Source: an uncultured delta proteobacterium
GTDB taxonomy: Bacteria > Desulfobacterota > RBG-13-43-22
NCBI GenBank assembly: GCA_963743305.1
Contig: CAVUPH010000013.1
Span: 192,001-256,000, forward strand
Direction of reading: 5' to 3'
Length of the DNA stretch: 64,000 bases
Numbering within the stretch: the stretch's first letter is position 1; each line of letters opens with the position of its first letter. Shown here one piece after another: positions 8,831 to 18,872 of this stretch. The notes under the pieces were generated by a model that saw only the letters and a list, made by a program, of their open reading frames with translations, made no database searches and had not been told where the DNA came from. Position numbers and translations under genes: made by a program.

Positions 8831-9772
8831 ATGATCAACCCTTATTACCTCCAAATCGCCTCCTTTCTGCTGATCAACATCCTGTTGGCCTTGAGCATCT
8901 ACATTACCCTGTGTACCGGACAGTTATCGCTGGGCAGCGCCGGATTCATGAGCATCGGCGCTTATACCAGCGCTCTGCTGACCGCCAAACTGGGGCTGCC
9001 GATCCCTCTGGGCCTATTGGCCGGAGGGCTGCTGGCCGCGTTCATGGGCCTGCTCATCGGCCTGCCCACATTGCGTCTCACCGGGGTCTATCTGGCTATT
9101 GCCACTTTGGGTTTCGGAGAAGTGGTCCGCGTCGTCTTTATCAACTGGGAGTCCCTGACCAGCGGCGCGGTGGGCATCGCCGGTATTCCTCACCTGGGCC
9201 GCACCATCCTGGCCCGCCTGCAGGCGGTCGGGTTTTCTCCGGAGAGCTGGGGTCTGAGGAATAATGAATTTATCAGCTTGTCCGTTTTTTTGATTCTCCT
9301 TTTTCTCACCTTGCTGACCCTTCTTTTTTTCAGTCGTCTCCTGAACTCCCGGGTGGGCCGGGCCTTTGAGGCCATCCGCATGGATGAAAAGGCCGCCGAG
9401 GCCATGGGCATTCACACCACCTATTACAAGATCTTAACCTTTGTGCAGGGGGCGGCCCTGGCCGGATTCGCCGGTGCCTTGTTCGCCCATGTGACCGGCT
9501 ACATCAGTCCGGCGGACTTTACCTATCACCGGGCCGTGGAAATACTGGTTTTTGCCGTTTTCGGGGGCAGCGAGGTGTTATGGGGACCGGTTTTCGGGGC
9601 CGGCTTTCTGACGGTCATGCCGGAGTTGCTCCGGGGGTTAAGCGAGTATCGTTATTTCATCTACGGGACCATACTGGTGGTCATGATGATTTTCCGTCCC
9701 CAGGGCGTGATCGACCGGTCATTACTCGATCGGCTGAAAGGCCGGCGGAACGAGGGGAAAGATGCTGCTTGA
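8831..9772 (+). CDS. livM: BCAA ABC transporter permease
   Basis: GQLSLGSAGFMSIGAY, LRLTGVYLAIATLGFGE. Confidence 0.92.
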   Translation: MINPYYLQIASFLLINILLALSIYITLCTGQLSLGSAGFMSIGAYTSALLTAKLGLPIPLGLLAGGLLAAFMGLLIGLPTLRLTGVYLAIATLGFGEVVRVVFINWESLTSGAVGIAGIPHLGRTILARLQAVGFSPESWGLRNNEFISLSVFLILLFLTLLTLLFFSRLLNSRVGRAFEAIRMDEKAAEAMGIHTTYYKILTFVQGAALAGFAGALFAHVTGYISPADFTYHRAVEILVFAVFGGSEVLWGPVFGAGFLTVMPELLRGLSEYRYFIYGTILVVMMIFRPQGVIDRSLLDRLKGRRNEGKDAA

Positions 9773-10523
9773 GATCCGGAAGGTCAGCATGATTTTCGGC
9801 GGTCTGGCCGCCTTAAAGGATGTGGACTTCCGGTTGGAGGAGGGGGAAATCCTGGGCCTGATCGGTCCCAACGGCGCGGGTAAGACCACCTTGTTCAATG
9901 TGGTCACCTCCTTTCTACACCCTACGGGCGGTGAGATCTTTTTCAACGGGGAGAAGATCAGCGGCCTCCCTACCCACGAGATTACCAATCGCGGGATCAG
10001 CCGGACTTTTCAAAATATCCGTCTTTTCGATCAAATGACCGTGGAAGAGAACGTCATGGTCGGCCGCCACACCCGGAGCCGGGCCGGGGTTTGGAGCAGT
10101 GTCCTGCGGACCGCTTTTCAAAAAAAAGAAGAGGCGCGGATCAGGGAAAAAACCGACGAACTGCTCGACCTGGTGGGCTTATCGGGAACCAATCGTTCCC
10201 CGGCCTCCAGCCTGCCTTACGGGTACCAGCGGCGGGTGGAAATCGCCCGGGCCCTGGCCGGGGAACCGCGGCTGATCCTGCTGGATGAACCCGTGGCCGG
10301 GATGAACGACAGCGAGACCGAAGAGATCGCCCGGTTGATCAAAAAGATTCTGGGATTCGGCATCACCATTCTGTTGATCGAGCACGATATGTCCATGGTC
10401 ATGAAGGTTTGCGATCGCCTGGTGGTCCTTAATTTCGGCGAGAAGATCGCCGAGGGCGCCCCCCAGGAGATCCAGAACAATCCCCAGGTCATCGAAGCCT
10501 ATCTGGGTCGAGAGGAAGGGTAG
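9762..10523 (+). CDS. livG: BCAA ABC transporter ATP-binding protein
   Basis: GPNGAGKTT, RTFQNIRLF, LDEPVAG, VIEAYLG. Confidence 0.93.
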   Translation: MLLEIRKVSMIFGGLAALKDVDFRLEEGEILGLIGPNGAGKTTLFNVVTSFLHPTGGEIFFNGEKISGLPTHEITNRGISRTFQNIRLFDQMTVEENVMVGRHTRSRAGVWSSVLRTAFQKKEEARIREKTDELLDLVGLSGTNRSPASSLPYGYQRRVEIARALAGEPRLILLDEPVAGMNDSETEEIARLIKKILGFGITILLIEHDMSMVMKVCDRLVVLNFGEKIAEGAPQEIQNNPQVIEAYLGREEG

Positions 10524-10542
10524 AGGTTAGGAGGATGAAGGC

Positions 10543-11250
10543 GTGCTGCGGGTCGAAGGGCTGAAAACCAGTTACGGAAACATCCGGGCCATAAAGGGGG
10601 TGGACCTGGAGGTGCCCTCCGGTTCCATTGTGACCATCCTGGGCGTCAACGGGGCCGGCAAAACGACCCTGCTCAAAACCATCGCCGGCCTGCTCAAACC
10701 CAAGGCCGGAAAGATATTTTTCCTGGACGAGGATATCGCCAGACTCCCGCCTTTCAAGGTGGTGCAGCGGGGCATCGCCCTGGTCCCGGAAGGACGGGCC
10801 ATCCTGGCCCGGATGAGCGTCCTGGAAAACCTGGAAATGGGGGCCTATCAGCGCCGCGACGGCCAGGTTCGTAAGGATATTAAGAAAGAAATGGAGCGTT
10901 TCCCCTGGCTGGAAGGGCGGCAGGGGCAACCCGGCGGCTCCCTCTCCGGCGGGGAGCAGCAAATGCTGGCCATCTCCCGGGCCCTCCTCTCCCGCCCCAA
11001 ACTGTTGCTCTTGGATGAGCCTTCCCTGGGCCTTGCCCCCCTGGTAGTGAACGAAATCTTCCGGATCATCCGCCGCATCAATCAGGACGGAACCACGGTC
11101 CTCCTGGTGGAGCAGAACGTCAAACAGGCCATGAAAGTCTCCCAGTATGCCTATGTACTGGAAACCGGGAAGATCGTCCTGAGCGGCACCACCGCCGAGC
11201 TCTTGGAAAACCCCAAGATCAAGGAATCGTTCCTGGGGCAAAAGGCCTGA
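10543..11250 (+). CDS. livF: BCAA ABC transporter ATP-binding protein
   Basis: GVNGAGKTT, VPEGR, LSGGEQQM, LDEPSLGLAP. Confidence 0.93.
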   Translation: MLRVEGLKTSYGNIRAIKGVDLEVPSGSIVTILGVNGAGKTTLLKTIAGLLKPKAGKIFFLDEDIARLPPFKVVQRGIALVPEGRAILARMSVLENLEMGAYQRRDGQVRKDIKKEMERFPWLEGRQGQPGGSLSGGEQQMLAISRALLSRPKLLLLDEPSLGLAPLVVNEIFRIIRRINQDGTTVLLVEQNVKQAMKVSQYAYVLETGKIVLSGTTAELLENPKIKESFLGQKA

Positions 11251-11253
11251 TTC

Positions 11254-12779
11254 TTAGCCTCTATTTAATTCTTCATCAGCACCGGCAGAAAAAGCCGGGC
11301 TGGAGTATCCCCCGGGTTCAATGGATTTTACCAGAGGCAGCAGGGGCTCGTTAAACCGACCCCCATAGCTCGCGCCTAAAATTTTTAGGTACCAGGCGGC
11401 GGCCCCTCCCGGGTTTCTTATCTGCCAGTTGTTCAGAATAAATTCCACGCGCAAACGAATAATCCCCGGGTCTTGATAGGGTGGTGGGTCGATCCAGATT
11501 GGCCGCAGCCGGTATTGATAGATCCAGGGTCTCGGCAAGAGTAATTCCAACGCCCGGTAATTGGGAATGCCGTAAAAATTGGTGATGGAGATCACGCGTC
11601 GTTCAGCCGTGCCGATGGAGCCGACATCGGATATATAGCTGTTGATGGCCCGCTTGAAGGCTTCTCCGGCGGTTAGGTTGCCGTCCTGATCCAGGTGTTT
11701 GATGATGTAGGTGGACAATTTTTCATTGTGACGGACCTCGCTCACATCCGTTCCGCTTCCGGTGCCAGTGATGATGGTATACCCGGTAGCCCCCACATAA
11801 ACCCCGACTTTCTTCTTGGCGAATTCTTCCGGAAATTCGGAATAGGTCGTTCCGGGATCCGGCGCAGGATAGAGATTGTTTCCGAAACTGGCTCCGTTGT
11901 GGCACCCGGAGGTGACGATCACGGCGTTGGGCAGGTCGTTCAGGGCGGCGGTATCCCCGCTGGTGGCGTGGTTTCCGGCTCTATACGATCCCCCGCCGGT
12001 GCTGATCGCATTGTAATCGCCATGACCTCCGAAATAGACCAAATTGTACTTGGCATTCAACTTGGCTGGCACGTCGTTGGAGTCATAGCTGTTCTGGACC
12101 AGGGCGTCATCCGTTGCCGTTGCTATAGACGGAAACCAGCCCATTCGTTATCGGGATCCGCTAAGGAGATGACCAAAAGGGCTGGCTGTTTTCAATCGGA
12201 ATTCGATCCGGCCCAGTCATAGGGGTTGTTGGGAGCCGCCGTGTCATGCCCAATCAGGATGAGATCAAATCTGGCCAAACCGGCGTTAGCTATGTTGTTT
12301 AAAGAAATCAATGAAGTGGCGAAGCCGTTTCCATCCAGGAGGGCTTTGAAGGCCTCAGCCGTATCGGAGTCGGTATTATAAACGAGGGCGGCGGTACGGT
12401 TTTTCTGGTAGACCTGGAAAGACTGGGAAAACGAGGCGTAGCCGGAATTCACGTCGGCAACGATGGGGTGGTCCCCCATTGAGGCATCCGGCGGAATGGT
12501 CACCGGCAGGGCAAAGGTCCCGTCCGGCCGGAGTGGATTTGAACCCAGGAAACGGCCTTGAGAAGCGAAGTCCCACCAGAGCATAACCGTATCGTTGGCT
12601 CCATATCCATCATACTTCCCGGTAGCCACCACTTGGATCCCTGGGGAACCAGAAGCGGGATTGACGGTCAGGGCATAGGCGCCCCAGGCAGGTAGCGCCG
12701 GGAAAAAGACGAAGGGGGTCGGTAGCAGGAATGCGAGCTCCACCACAAAAATTCGGATCCAAAATTTTCGATTTTTCAT
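11254..12779 (-). pseudogene. Disrupted secreted protein with Ig-like N-terminus and C25 (gingipain-like) peptidase domain
   Basis: Signal peptide ORF 12192-12779 stops early; downstream ORF has VYFGGHG and TSGCH (His/Cys dyad), YVGATG, AGEAF, NFYGIP. Confidence 0.6.
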
Positions 12780-12797
12780 GGGAGGCCTCCCTTTTAT

Positions 12798-12854
12798 TAT
12801 CCGCCGCGGAGCAGAGAGTACCGGGGGTACCCCGTATCCCGCTCCGAGCGGATA
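12798..12854. repeat. Intergenic hairpin
   Basis: TATCCGC..CGGAGC pairs with GCTCCG.GCGGATA. Confidence 0.5.
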
Positions 12855-12882
12855 AGCTCTGCGGATTTGAGATGCCGTTTAA

Positions 12883-14924
12883 TCAATTCCTTTGAATCAA
12901 TGGTAGATACAAATTAGTGGTTGGTATTCCCCATATCCGTATCCGTATCGAGTCGGCAAAGCCGTCCTGTGGTCGTCGATAAACGGTGATGCTGTTGGTG
13001 GTCAGTGATCGCCAATAGGCGCCTACGCGGTCATCGGCGTTGTACCCCGCAGACGGCTGGGTTCCAAAATCCGCGCCGCCGAAGTAACGCTGGTTCAAAC
13101 CATTACCAGGATTGGAGTCCAAATAGTTCATATCCACCAAGTAATTTTCGAACGGCCCACCGAGATTATGGGTCAGGCTTTGGGCCGTATCCACGGCGAA
13201 GGCCACCCACCCGCTGTCGTAATCGGGCTTGGCCAGGCGCCAGATGCGGACGCGCACCTGCTCGGCATAGATGTCTTCCGGTCTCCGGTAGACGGTAATG
13301 CTTGTCGAAGTTAAAGACCTCCAGTATGCCCCTACCCGGTCATCTGCGCTCATGCCGGCGGGGGGCTGGGTCCCGAAATCAGCGCCGCCGTAATGGCGAT
13401 GGTTGACCCCGTTCCCGGCCGATCTCTGCTGCATATCCACCAAGTATTCGGCGGGGTCCCCCCCAGATCATGGGCGAGGGCGGTGGACGCATCTTTCGCC
13501 AGGGCTGTCCACCCCGAATCATAATCCGGTTTGGGCATGGACCAGATCCGAATCCGCGTCTGTTCGGCATAGGTATCCTCCGCGCGGCGAAAAACAGAAA
13601 TGCTGGCATTGGTCAAGCTGCGCCAATAAGCGCCGACCCGGTCATTGGCATTATGCCCCGGAGCCGGATTGGTCCCGAAATCGGCGCCTCCGTAATAACG
13701 ATTGTTCACCCCGTCGGCAGCACTGCCTTTGTACTGCATGTCCACCAAATAACTATTGGCATCCCCGCCGATAGTGTGCGATAGGACGGTGGCATCGCTT
13801 CCGGCAGTTATATTAACCCAGCCGCTGTCGTAGGTCGGCGACGGGATTCTCCAGGCGTTGAAAATGCGCATTCGGATCTGGGGAGCGTTAATATCCTCCG
13901 GTCGGCGATAAACGGTTACCGTTGAGTCGGTAAGGGTTCGCCAATAAGCCCCGGAACGGTCTTCGCTGCCGGTCAGGTCCATTCCTCCGTAATGGCGTTG
14001 ATTGACCCCGTAGGCGCCTGATTGAAATTGCATATCGACTATATAGTCATCAGGGTTGCCTCCGATGGCATGACTGAGGTCGATGGCCTGGTCCTGATTT
14101 ATCGCAATCCAGCCGCTGTCATACGTGGCCTTCGGCCTCTTCCAGATTCGAATACGGACTTCTTCTGCATAACTGTCATCGGCCCGACGATATACCCGCA
14201 TAGTGGTATTGTTCAGTACGTACCAATAGGCCCCAACCTGGGTATTGGGCGCGCCGGCTTTGGCCCCAAAATCGATGCCTCCGTAATACCTTTGGTTCAC
14301 CCCGCTGCCGGCGCTTCTAAATTGCATATCCACCACATAATTATCACGGTTTCCAAGAAGATTGTGGGTGACCAGTGGCGCTGGTCCGCCGGCGGCCAGT
14401 GCAATCCAACCGGAGTCATAATCCGGGGCAGCATCCACCCAAATACGGACCCTAACCTGTTCGGCAAAAGTATCTTCTGGCCGGCGATAAACAGTGATGG
14501 TGGATGTGGTCAAGGAGCGCCAGTAAGCGCCCACTCGGTCATCAGGATTTCCCAGAGTAACTTGCGTACCGAAATCATTCCCTCCATAATACCGCTGATT
14601 AATCCCGTTCCCGGCGTTTTTGAATTGCAGGTCCACGACGTAGGAGCCAGAGTTGCCGCCCAAGTTATGGGTCAGTACTTTGGCTTCATCCCGGGTAATG
14701 GTAACCCAACCGCTGTCGTACGAGGCCCCGCCGTTGTAGGCGCCTTTCAAGTTGGCCGGGTTTGCCGAAAGTTGAGGATTTGCTGCAGGGAGGGAAGAAG
14801 AATTTTTGTAGACATTTTGATCGGCTGGCTGGTACTCCGAACCAAATGAAGCGTTCCAACCGAAAACCAAAGCCAGTAATAAAGCCACTGTTAAAAAACC
14901 GAAAATAAATGATTTTTTTTGCAT
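12883..14924 (-). CDS. Secreted protein with six ~100-aa YDSGW repeats and C-terminal LYLPLIQR motif (one frameshift at about 13460)
   Basis: ORFs 13350-14966 and 12883-13443 join through a G-run (restores HDLGGDPAEYLVDM); signal peptide MQKKSFIFGF. Confidence 0.8.
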
Positions 14925-14971
14925 GGCCTGTCCTCCGGAAAGAAATTTCAAAAAGGATGAGGGCAAGAAAT

Positions 14972-14992
14972 GGGAGGGGATAAACCCCTCCC
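14972..14992. repeat. Short REP-like hairpin
   Basis: GGGAGGGG-ataaa-CCCCTCCC between two minus-strand genes. Confidence 0.55.
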
Positions 14993-15006
14993 CGAAGGCC
15001 GTTGGA

Positions 15007-15576
15007 TTAATTATTTTGGATTATAGGCAAGGCCACCGCCCCGAAAGGAGGAATGTAATGGATTCGGGCCCCGCATAATCTTGAGGTATTGGCCGCTTGG
15101 GGCTGCCATGTCAGTTCATAAAAGCATTTTGAATCGACGGTACAGTCTGTTTCCACGGTAATATTCAATTCGGCGGTAGGAAGTTTGAGTCTTCCAATAA
15201 TCCCTACCAGGGGTATTGCGGCAAGGGTTGTGCTGGTATTGGCAAAGGGGTCGTATTTTAATAAAGCGAGTGTACTAAATGGCGGCGTGAGCGGAAAGAC
15301 TAGTGGGGTAAATTCAAAAAAATAAAATTCCAGGCGTTTGATCAGAGAGCCCCTCGGTAATAGGACAGGAAAGCTGAAACCATCAAGCCCCCCAGTGTTC
15401 CAAATACAACCCTCACCACTGTTATAACTCTGGGTTGAACTCGTAGGAGTAAAAGAGGATCCGAGGACATTCAGATATTGTGTGGGAGGTTGGGCAGAAA
15501 CGACGGGTGTGAGTAATAGGGTTAATAGGAAAAAGATTCCAAAAAGTTGAGTGATAGACCGATAGTTTTTCTTCAT
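15007..15576 (-). CDS. Secreted hypothetical protein, C-terminal VALPIIQNN
   Basis: GGAGG RBS; signal peptide ending VSA. Confidence 0.7.
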   Translation of the reverse strand: MKKNYRSITQLFGIFFLLTLLLTPVVSAQPPTQYLNVLGSSFTPTSSTQSYNSGEGCIWNTGGLDGFSFPVLLPRGSLIKRLEFYFFEFTPLVFPLTPPFSTLALLKYDPFANTSTTLAAIPLVGIIGRLKLPTAELNITVETDCTVDSKCFYELTWQPQAANTSRLCGARIHYIPPFGAVALPIIQNN

Positions 15577-15816
15577 CACTTTTTCCTCCATTTCTAAAAG
15601 GTTTCTATTAAATCCTACCTTCCTACTATGAAGTCTTTTAGTTGGCGCTGCTCTTACCACCCAAATTCCCCTATTTACTACAAATAAAAAGGTATAAAGT
15701 CAACGGGAAAAAGGAGGCAGAGGACCATATCCTATTGGCTAGAGATCAAGACCGAAACTACCATGGACAAAGTCAAGACAGGATTAAAATCCGATTATTA
15801 CTTCCCGGAAAAATGG

Positions 15817-16947
15817 TTAAAACAGTCGATCCATCCGGAAATACTGCAATAAGCCGATAAAGGCCGAGGAACTCAACGGGTCCCCCTTCATCCCGAACAG
15901 GTGCCCCGGGCAGGCGCAATCCGAGGCGCCGAAGCCGATAATATCCCAGTCGGCGATGGCCCGCATCCGTTCGGCTATCTGACATTCCAGATCTTCCGAG
16001 GAACGGACCGGCAGGGCGGCGATGTATTCCGTTTCCTCCCGCAGGTAATCGATATGCCAAAAATTGTTTTTCCTCAAGCGGCGATGTCTTTCCATTCGCT
16101 GGGTCAGATTTTTCATGGCCGAGCCGACATAGACGTAGTAACCGGCCGGGAACGTTTGCCGATTTTCCCGGCGGCCGAATTCCAGATTCCTTTTGCGGTT
16201 GAGCTTCAGAATCAGCAGGTAGCTTCCCCGGTCCCGAGCCTCCCTATGAATCAGCTCCCAGGGGATTTCCAATCGCTTGACCCGTTCGCCGAGAGAAAAA
16301 TCCGGTTTCCACTCCACCGCCAGCGCGATGATTTCCACCCGGTTTCGACAGGCCAGAAAGGTTTGGGCGAAAAACAGATCCGTGTGATAATCGGGGAGGA
16401 AGAAATCCGCCTTCAGCCAGTGGACGATGAACAGTACGGCGGTCTTCCGTCCGCGGTCGCTCAATTCGGTCAATTCCCGCAAATGCCGGGTCCCACGCTC
16501 CGTGACCGCGTCCGGGAACATGGCTGTTCTCTCCCCGAACAGCGTGCAGGACTTCACCTCGACCAGCCATTCATTTTTCCGGCGTTCCACCAGGAGATCG
16601 AAACGGGAATGATCGATGCGAATCTCCCGGCCGATCACCCGGGCCCCTTCCCAGCCGGGGACCTTTCCTTGATCGATCAAGTGGCCGGCCACCTCGTTGG
16701 TCCGGTGGGTGTGGAGGAAGATCGGAACCCCCTCCCGTTCCACCGCCAACACGGTAAAGGCGTTTTTTCGGGTAGGGGAGGGCGGTTCTTTGGCAATATA
16801 CACGGTGACCCCCGGCAACAGGAGCTCCTGGAGCCGACCGGGATTGGGCAGAAAGGCCTGGATGATACTTGCCCCCAGGCGGCAGCGGATTAGAAAACGG
16901 TTAGGCCGGTCGATGAATTGGGCTGGTAGAGGAGTGGCGGGGGGCAT
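15817..16947 (-). CDS. sfsA: SfsA nuclease fused to a DUF123/GIY-YIG domain
   Basis: RPNRF, LPNPGRL, SRFDL, VEVKSCTL, FPDAVTERGTRHL; C-terminal YVYVGSA, WHIDYL, GFGASDC. Confidence 0.9.
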   Translation of the reverse strand: MPPATPLPAQFIDRPNRFLIRCRLGASIIQAFLPNPGRLQELLLPGVTVYIAKEPPSPTRKNAFTVLAVEREGVPIFLHTHRTNEVAGHLIDQGKVPGWEGARVIGREIRIDHSRFDLLVERRKNEWLVEVKSCTLFGERTAMFPDAVTERGTRHLRELTELSDRGRKTAVLFIVHWLKADFFLPDYHTDLFFAQTFLACRNRVEIIALAVEWKPDFSLGERVKRLEIPWELIHREARDRGSYLLILKLNRKRNLEFGRRENRQTFPAGYYVYVGSAMKNLTQRMERHRRLRKNNFWHIDYLREETEYIAALPVRSSEDLECQIAERMRAIADWDIIGFGASDCACPGHLFGMKGDPLSSSAFIGLLQYFRMDRLF

Positions 16948-16980
16948 CGGACGGATCTATCGGATCGGACCGATCAGTCC
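16945..16980. repeat. Degenerate copy of the 40-bp palindrome spanning the gene junction
   Basis: CATCGGACGGATCTATCGGATCGGACCGATCAGTCC shares its first 13 nt with 17309-17348. Confidence 0.7.
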
Positions 16981-17753
16981 AGGGGAAGGGTTCCCCGGCA
17001 ATTCGGGTAACCTGAACAGCCTAAAAATTGGGAACCGGCCTGTTTACCCTGTCGGGCGGTACGCACCACCAGGGATTTGCCGCAAAGCGGGCAAAGGGGA
17101 AGGTTTTTCTTCGGCCGATCTTGCCGCCGTCTTTCCTCGATCCGCGCCGCCGCCAGACGTTCGCTATAGCCGCCATCCCGAATGAACTGCCGCTCCAGTC
17201 CGGCGATCTGCCGGTCCAGCAGGTAGTTGGTCTGGTGGATCAGGCAAATGACGGCGTTGGCGATCACTCCCGGGTCGCTGTGCTTGAGCCATGGGGAGTA
17301 TAGGGCTTCATCGGACGGATCGGTCGGATCCGACCGATCCGTCCGATGCCTCTTCCCTACCTCACGGACCGTTATCGCCTCCGGATCATCCTTCCCCCAT
17401 TGCTCCAGACTGCGCTGTCGCAGGAAATCTTCGTAATCTAGTAAGAGCTCATCCAGGCTGGCCCGGGCGACATTTACCAGGCGCAGTTCGGTCTGGGTCG
17501 AGGTCGCCGAGGCGCGGCTGCCTTCTGCAATATTCTGCCTTCCGCTACGAGCGGCCTGCACCATCTGGTCGACCGTGCGCGAGCGCTTATCCAGAAAACG
17601 GGCGCAAAACGACACCGTGGCGTCATAGATTAGCGTTGCGGCTTGGAAGGAACGCAATTGGCGATAGCCGCCGCTGGGGCGTATCCTATTAGAATTAGAA
17701 ATTACGCGGGACTTGTCGAACCCGTTCTTTTGTGTTGGCCTATCCATTTTCAA
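16974..17753 (-). CDS. Four-helix-bundle protein with suffix domain and topoisomerase-type C4 zinc finger
   Basis: GGYRQLRSFQ, DQMVQAARSGRQNIAEG, ARASLDELLLDYEDFL, FIRDGGYSERL, CPLCG...FLGCSGYPNC. Confidence 0.88.
   Translation of the reverse strand: MKMDRPTQKNGFDKSRVISNSNRIRPSGGYRQLRSFQAATLIYDATVSFCARFLDKRSRTVDQMVQAARSGRQNIAEGSRASATSTQTELRLVNVARASLDELLLDYEDFLRQRSLEQWGKDDPEAITVREVGKRHRTDRSDPTDPSDEALYSPWLKHSDPGVIANAVICLIHQTNYLLDRQIAGLERQFIRDGGYSERLAAARIEERRRQDRPKKNLPLCPLCGKSLVVRTARQGKQAGSQFLGCSGYPNCRGTLPLD
17309..17348. repeat. Perfect 40-bp palindrome inside a CDS
   Basis: CATCGGACGGATCGGTCGGATCCGACCGATCCGTCCGATG equals its own reverse complement. Confidence 0.95.
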
Positions 17754-17757
17754 AATC

Positions 17758-18080
17758 CTACTTGGACTTGGGGACCATCTTGACGGTCTTCAAAATAGGG
17801 CAGCAACAGCAGCTATTTGATAATTTCTGTGTATTCGAGGGCGAAAGTACCAGGCCCGTCTCCTCCGCCAGATCGAGAACGCCCAGGGCCTCCTCGACGC
17901 TAATTTGCCGGCCCCATTTATTGTCTATATGGAAAAGTGCAAATTGGCCGAAACCCAGGCAGGTCTCTATAGGCCGATCACAATCCTTTCCTTCAGCCCG
18001 ATCCCGCTGGGAGTCGCTGGAAATCCGGTCGGCAGGGTATCCAGGAAAATCCTGAGCCTTTCATAAATATCTTTACTCAT
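17758..18080 (-). pseudogene. Internally deleted remnant of a 4Fe-4S protein (paralogue of 36454-37530)
   Basis: MSKDIYERLRIFLDTLPTGFP joined out of frame to GKDCDRPIETCLGFG...GRQISVEEALGVLDLAEETGLVLSPSN. Confidence 0.8.
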
Positions 18081-18846
18081 TATATCTTTCTTCCAAAAAT
18101 TCCAAAATGGCCCGGTTGACTTCTTCGGGCTTTTCAATCGGCGCCAGGTGGCCGGCTTCCGGAATAGTAACCCAGCGGGACCCGGGGATATGTTCCGCCA
18201 AGTACTTCCCGTATTTCGGTGGAGTAAGCAGGTCATCTTCACCCGAGATTACTAAAACCTTGGCCTTGATTTCAGGGAGGCGCTCCCGTATGTCGAAACG
18301 GTCGCAGGCCTGAAAATCCCCGAAAGCCACCGCCGGGAGGCATTTGAGATTGTCCTCCAGGATCGGTTGAATGAGCGCCGGGTCGGTTTTGGGAGAAACG
18401 GCGAACTGTTTACTCGAGGCGACGAAAGACGGAAAATCTTTTTGAATGGACTCAAAGATCAGCGGCCTAACTTTCAGTTTGGCGCCCGTGCAAAGAAGCA
18501 TCCCGGCCGAAAAGTACTCCGGATAGTCCAAAAGAAGCTGCAAGGTGATGGCGCCGCCCAGACTCAATCCGGAGGGGATCGGCCCCGGAACTCTTAAATG
18601 GTTTAGAAAGTCTCTGACGGCCTCGGTATAATCGGTTACGGTTGTGGAGCCGCTTCCCGGACTTCGTCCATGCCCAGGCAGATCCAGGGCCAACACGTTA
18701 ACCCGTTCCCTCAGCCCCTTCATTTGATTGTCCCAAAGGACGTTGGAACCCCCGGAACCATGAATAAAAACCAGCGTTGATTTTTGGGGATCCAACGGCC
18801 ATGCGCCGGCCTTAAAGGCCAGGTCCGCTTCGAAACGATATTCCAT
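18073..18846 (-). CDS. Alpha/beta hydrolase
   Basis: FIHGSGG, DLPGHG, GLSLGG nucleophile elbow, GEDD, AGH. Confidence 0.9.
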   Translation of the reverse strand: MEYRFEADLAFKAGAWPLDPQKSTLVFIHGSGGSNVLWDNQMKGLRERVNVLALDLPGHGRSPGSGSTTVTDYTEAVRDFLNHLRVPGPIPSGLSLGGAITLQLLLDYPEYFSAGMLLCTGAKLKVRPLIFESIQKDFPSFVASSKQFAVSPKTDPALIQPILEDNLKCLPAVAFGDFQACDRFDIRERLPEIKAKVLVISGEDDLLTPPKYGKYLAEHIPGSRWVTIPEAGHLAPIEKPEEVNRAILEFLEERYNE

Positions 18847-18872
18847 AATTTACCTGTTCGGGCCCTAGCGGG

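Noticed and set aside
8758-9264. ORF beginning MIIPSFHHSIIPSF
   Set aside because: Translation of the 8-mer repeat, overlapping livM out of frame.
11320-11350. EPLLPLVKS as another LYLP motif
   Set aside because: Lacks the aromatic position and more likely belongs to a C25-associated domain.
12192-12194. TGA as selenocysteine readthrough
   Set aside because: Readthrough reaches TAG within about 25 codons, not in frame with the peptidase domain, and the context is not Cys-like.
16974-17753. Diversity-generating retroelement (Avd-like gene; DUF1566 as possible target)
   Set aside because: No reverse transcriptase and no template/variable repeat pair seen in the window.
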